The notes under the pieces are model-generated. The model saw only the letters and a program-made list of their open reading frames with translations, searched no databases and was not told where the DNA came from. Position numbers and translations under genes: made by a program. From an uncultured Planctomycetaceae bacterium (GTDB lineage Bacteria; Planctomycetota; Planctomycetia; Planctomycetales; Planctomycetaceae), in the NCBI GenBank assembly GCA_963815195.1, contig CAWFGE010000016.1, forward strand, positions 127,342 through 191,341: a DNA stretch of 64,000 nucleotides, written 5' to 3'. How positions within the stretch are numbered: position 1 is the first letter of the stretch; every line of letters begins with the position of its first letter. Shown one piece after another: positions 62,302-64,000 of the stretch.

Positions 62302-63654
62302 ATGACTCTTCGAAATCCTCATATGGAGCACGCTTATCATGACAGCATCGCAACAACTCGACACTCGTGTCCGGGCGGACGATTCGTCGCGGGCCGATCC
62401 CCCGAGTCCTTACACTTGGGAAATGTTCATTGGCGGGACGGGAGGAAAACTCGGCCTTCACTTCACCGCGGAGACGGCGTGGCCCGAGCCTGATAACCTC
62501 GATGGTGCCGTCAACTTCTGGCGCAAAGCGCAGCGGGAGTTCGCGAACGCCGACGCCTTCCTCGCGTATCTCCAGAAGTCGAAGAAGCTTGCGTCGCTCT
62601 CGTTTGAAAGGGATAAGCGGCAGAAGGACGTAATCCATGTCGTCGACCGCCGCCTGATCGGGCTCAAGGGATACGCGATGGACAAGAAAGTCGATCTCGA
62701 ATTCGCCGGAAACCTCAAGCAGCTGTGCTGGACGCTGCACCGCCGGATCGGCAACCTCGGCGCAAACGCGGCGGTTCTATTGGATCCCCATATTGGACCG
62801 ACGACACCACCGAGATCTGCCTGTCCGTGAAGGACAGACCGGTTCGCGGCCTGCTCACCGAAGCGGTCCCTGTCAAATGTTACAACCGCTTCCTCTGGAC
62901 GGCGGAAACGGACCTGACCGACGTGAATGGGCGGCGTTTCCACACTCTTGTGTCCTATTCCGGCCTGGATCCGTCTCACCGCCGTCCAAGCCCACCGCAC
63001 AACTCCCCGTGGTACATCCCGCTGCTCGATTTGGCCGGCGAGCGCCTCGGCTGCCGGTTCACCCTGGAAACCGTCTTCCGGGAAGCAAACGATCCGCATG
63101 TCTGCCCGCCTCCCATGAGCAAAGAGGAAGAGGACGAAATGTACGAAGTGGATATCGATACCGCCATCGTCCGCGCCCTGGTGAGCAAAGACGAAGAGAA
63201 GGAGACGTTCAAGTCGGTCGATGCGTTCCTTGAGAAATTCAGCAAGCTGATTCCGTGGATGGTTGCCGTCAAGGACGGCAGGCACCCCAAAATCGTCCAT
63301 TTGGTCGATAAAAAACTGCTCAAGCTCAAGGACTATCCGCTGGATCGGCGGCTGAGCATCGAATACGCGGGGAGTCCGCACGGCCTCGTCATGGCGGTCG
63401 CGAAACAGGTCAAATCCGTCGGTCCTCTTTGGTTCGGTGAGAAATTCACGCCTTATGGTGGAGAAGATTACCCGCGCATCGAGGTGCGGGACAAAGAGCA
63501 AACGCTGCGGAACGTGCTGACAGATGCCGTCCCATCGCAGACCTATTCCCAAGTGCTCTGGCACGCGCGAACCTGGCTTCGCAAAAACGGCCCGGAGACG
63601 ACCATCGAATACCATGAACTCTGGAAACACGAACCCGAAAAAAAGCCCAAATGA
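62302..63654 (+). CDS. Secreted hypothetical protein with two tandem homologous domains (frameshifts about 62314 and 62790)
   Basis: AAAGGAG RBS; corrected signal peptide MTLRILIWSTLIMTASQQLDTRVRA; repeat pairs G.KLGLHFTAET/GERLGCRFTLET, VIHVVDRRL/IVHLVDKKL, RGLLTEAVP/RNVLTDAVP. Confidence 0.7.
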
Positions 63655-63660
63655 AGTGAG

Positions 63661-63736
63661 GTAGGGTGGGCATTGCGGTGGGCATTGCCCACCGACCTTC
63701 CAAACGGCATCAATTGGTGGGCGATGCCCACCCTAC
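63661..63736. repeat. GTAG-type REP doublet
   Basis: GTAGGGTGGGCATTGC...CCACC ... GGTGGGCGATGCCCACCCTAC. Confidence 0.85.
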
Positions 63737-64000
63737 AATACTGGGATGCAAGCGACGGTGGCAACCCGATAACCAAAACACCGATTCCGTGAAAGGCATC
63801 CATATGGGCATTTTGTAATCGGTACGGCGGGATGCAGATTTGGGCTGCATTAAAGCCTCTCTAATTCAATGATTCAATCTCTCGATATACGGTGTTTTGC
63901 TTCGAAACCTAATATTATTACGAGAGGCAAAATCCTATGTTCTTGTTTTAATTGCGTCTCAATAGGGGAACTTCGATGCGACACATATACATCACAGCAG

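Noticed and set aside
63780..64000. AT-rich end as an origin or island boundary
   Set aside because: Truncated by the window; no DnaA-box cluster or att site can be supported

Overview
A GC-rich, gene-dense bacterial chromosome segment, very probably from a Planctomycete (FlgI-like gene beside smc, multi-HTH sigma-70, secretin-like and CxxCH lipoproteins, many REP-like palindromes). The window starts inside an ISAs1-family IS that the ORF track missed. Housekeeping genes: rpsP-trmD-rplS-yraN, smc, polA, typA, hsp20-lon. Other content: a CzcA/CusA-type heavy-metal efflux cluster, a probable L-galactose/L-galactonate to tagaturonate to fructuronate catabolic operon, a NatAB-like ABC exporter, an ECF sigma/HEAT/secretin-like triad, and a mazEF-type module beside a secreted ankyrin protein. 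At the right end is a GalNAc-transferase-like glycosyltransferase fused to a compositionally foreign C-terminal domain, followed by a secreted two-repeat protein; this is my best candidate for an undescribed system. At least 12 genes, including smc and lon, carry single-base frameshifts, most simply explained as assembly or sequencing indels. I saw no rRNA, tRNA or CRISPR array. All family calls come from motif recognition by eye, not database searches.
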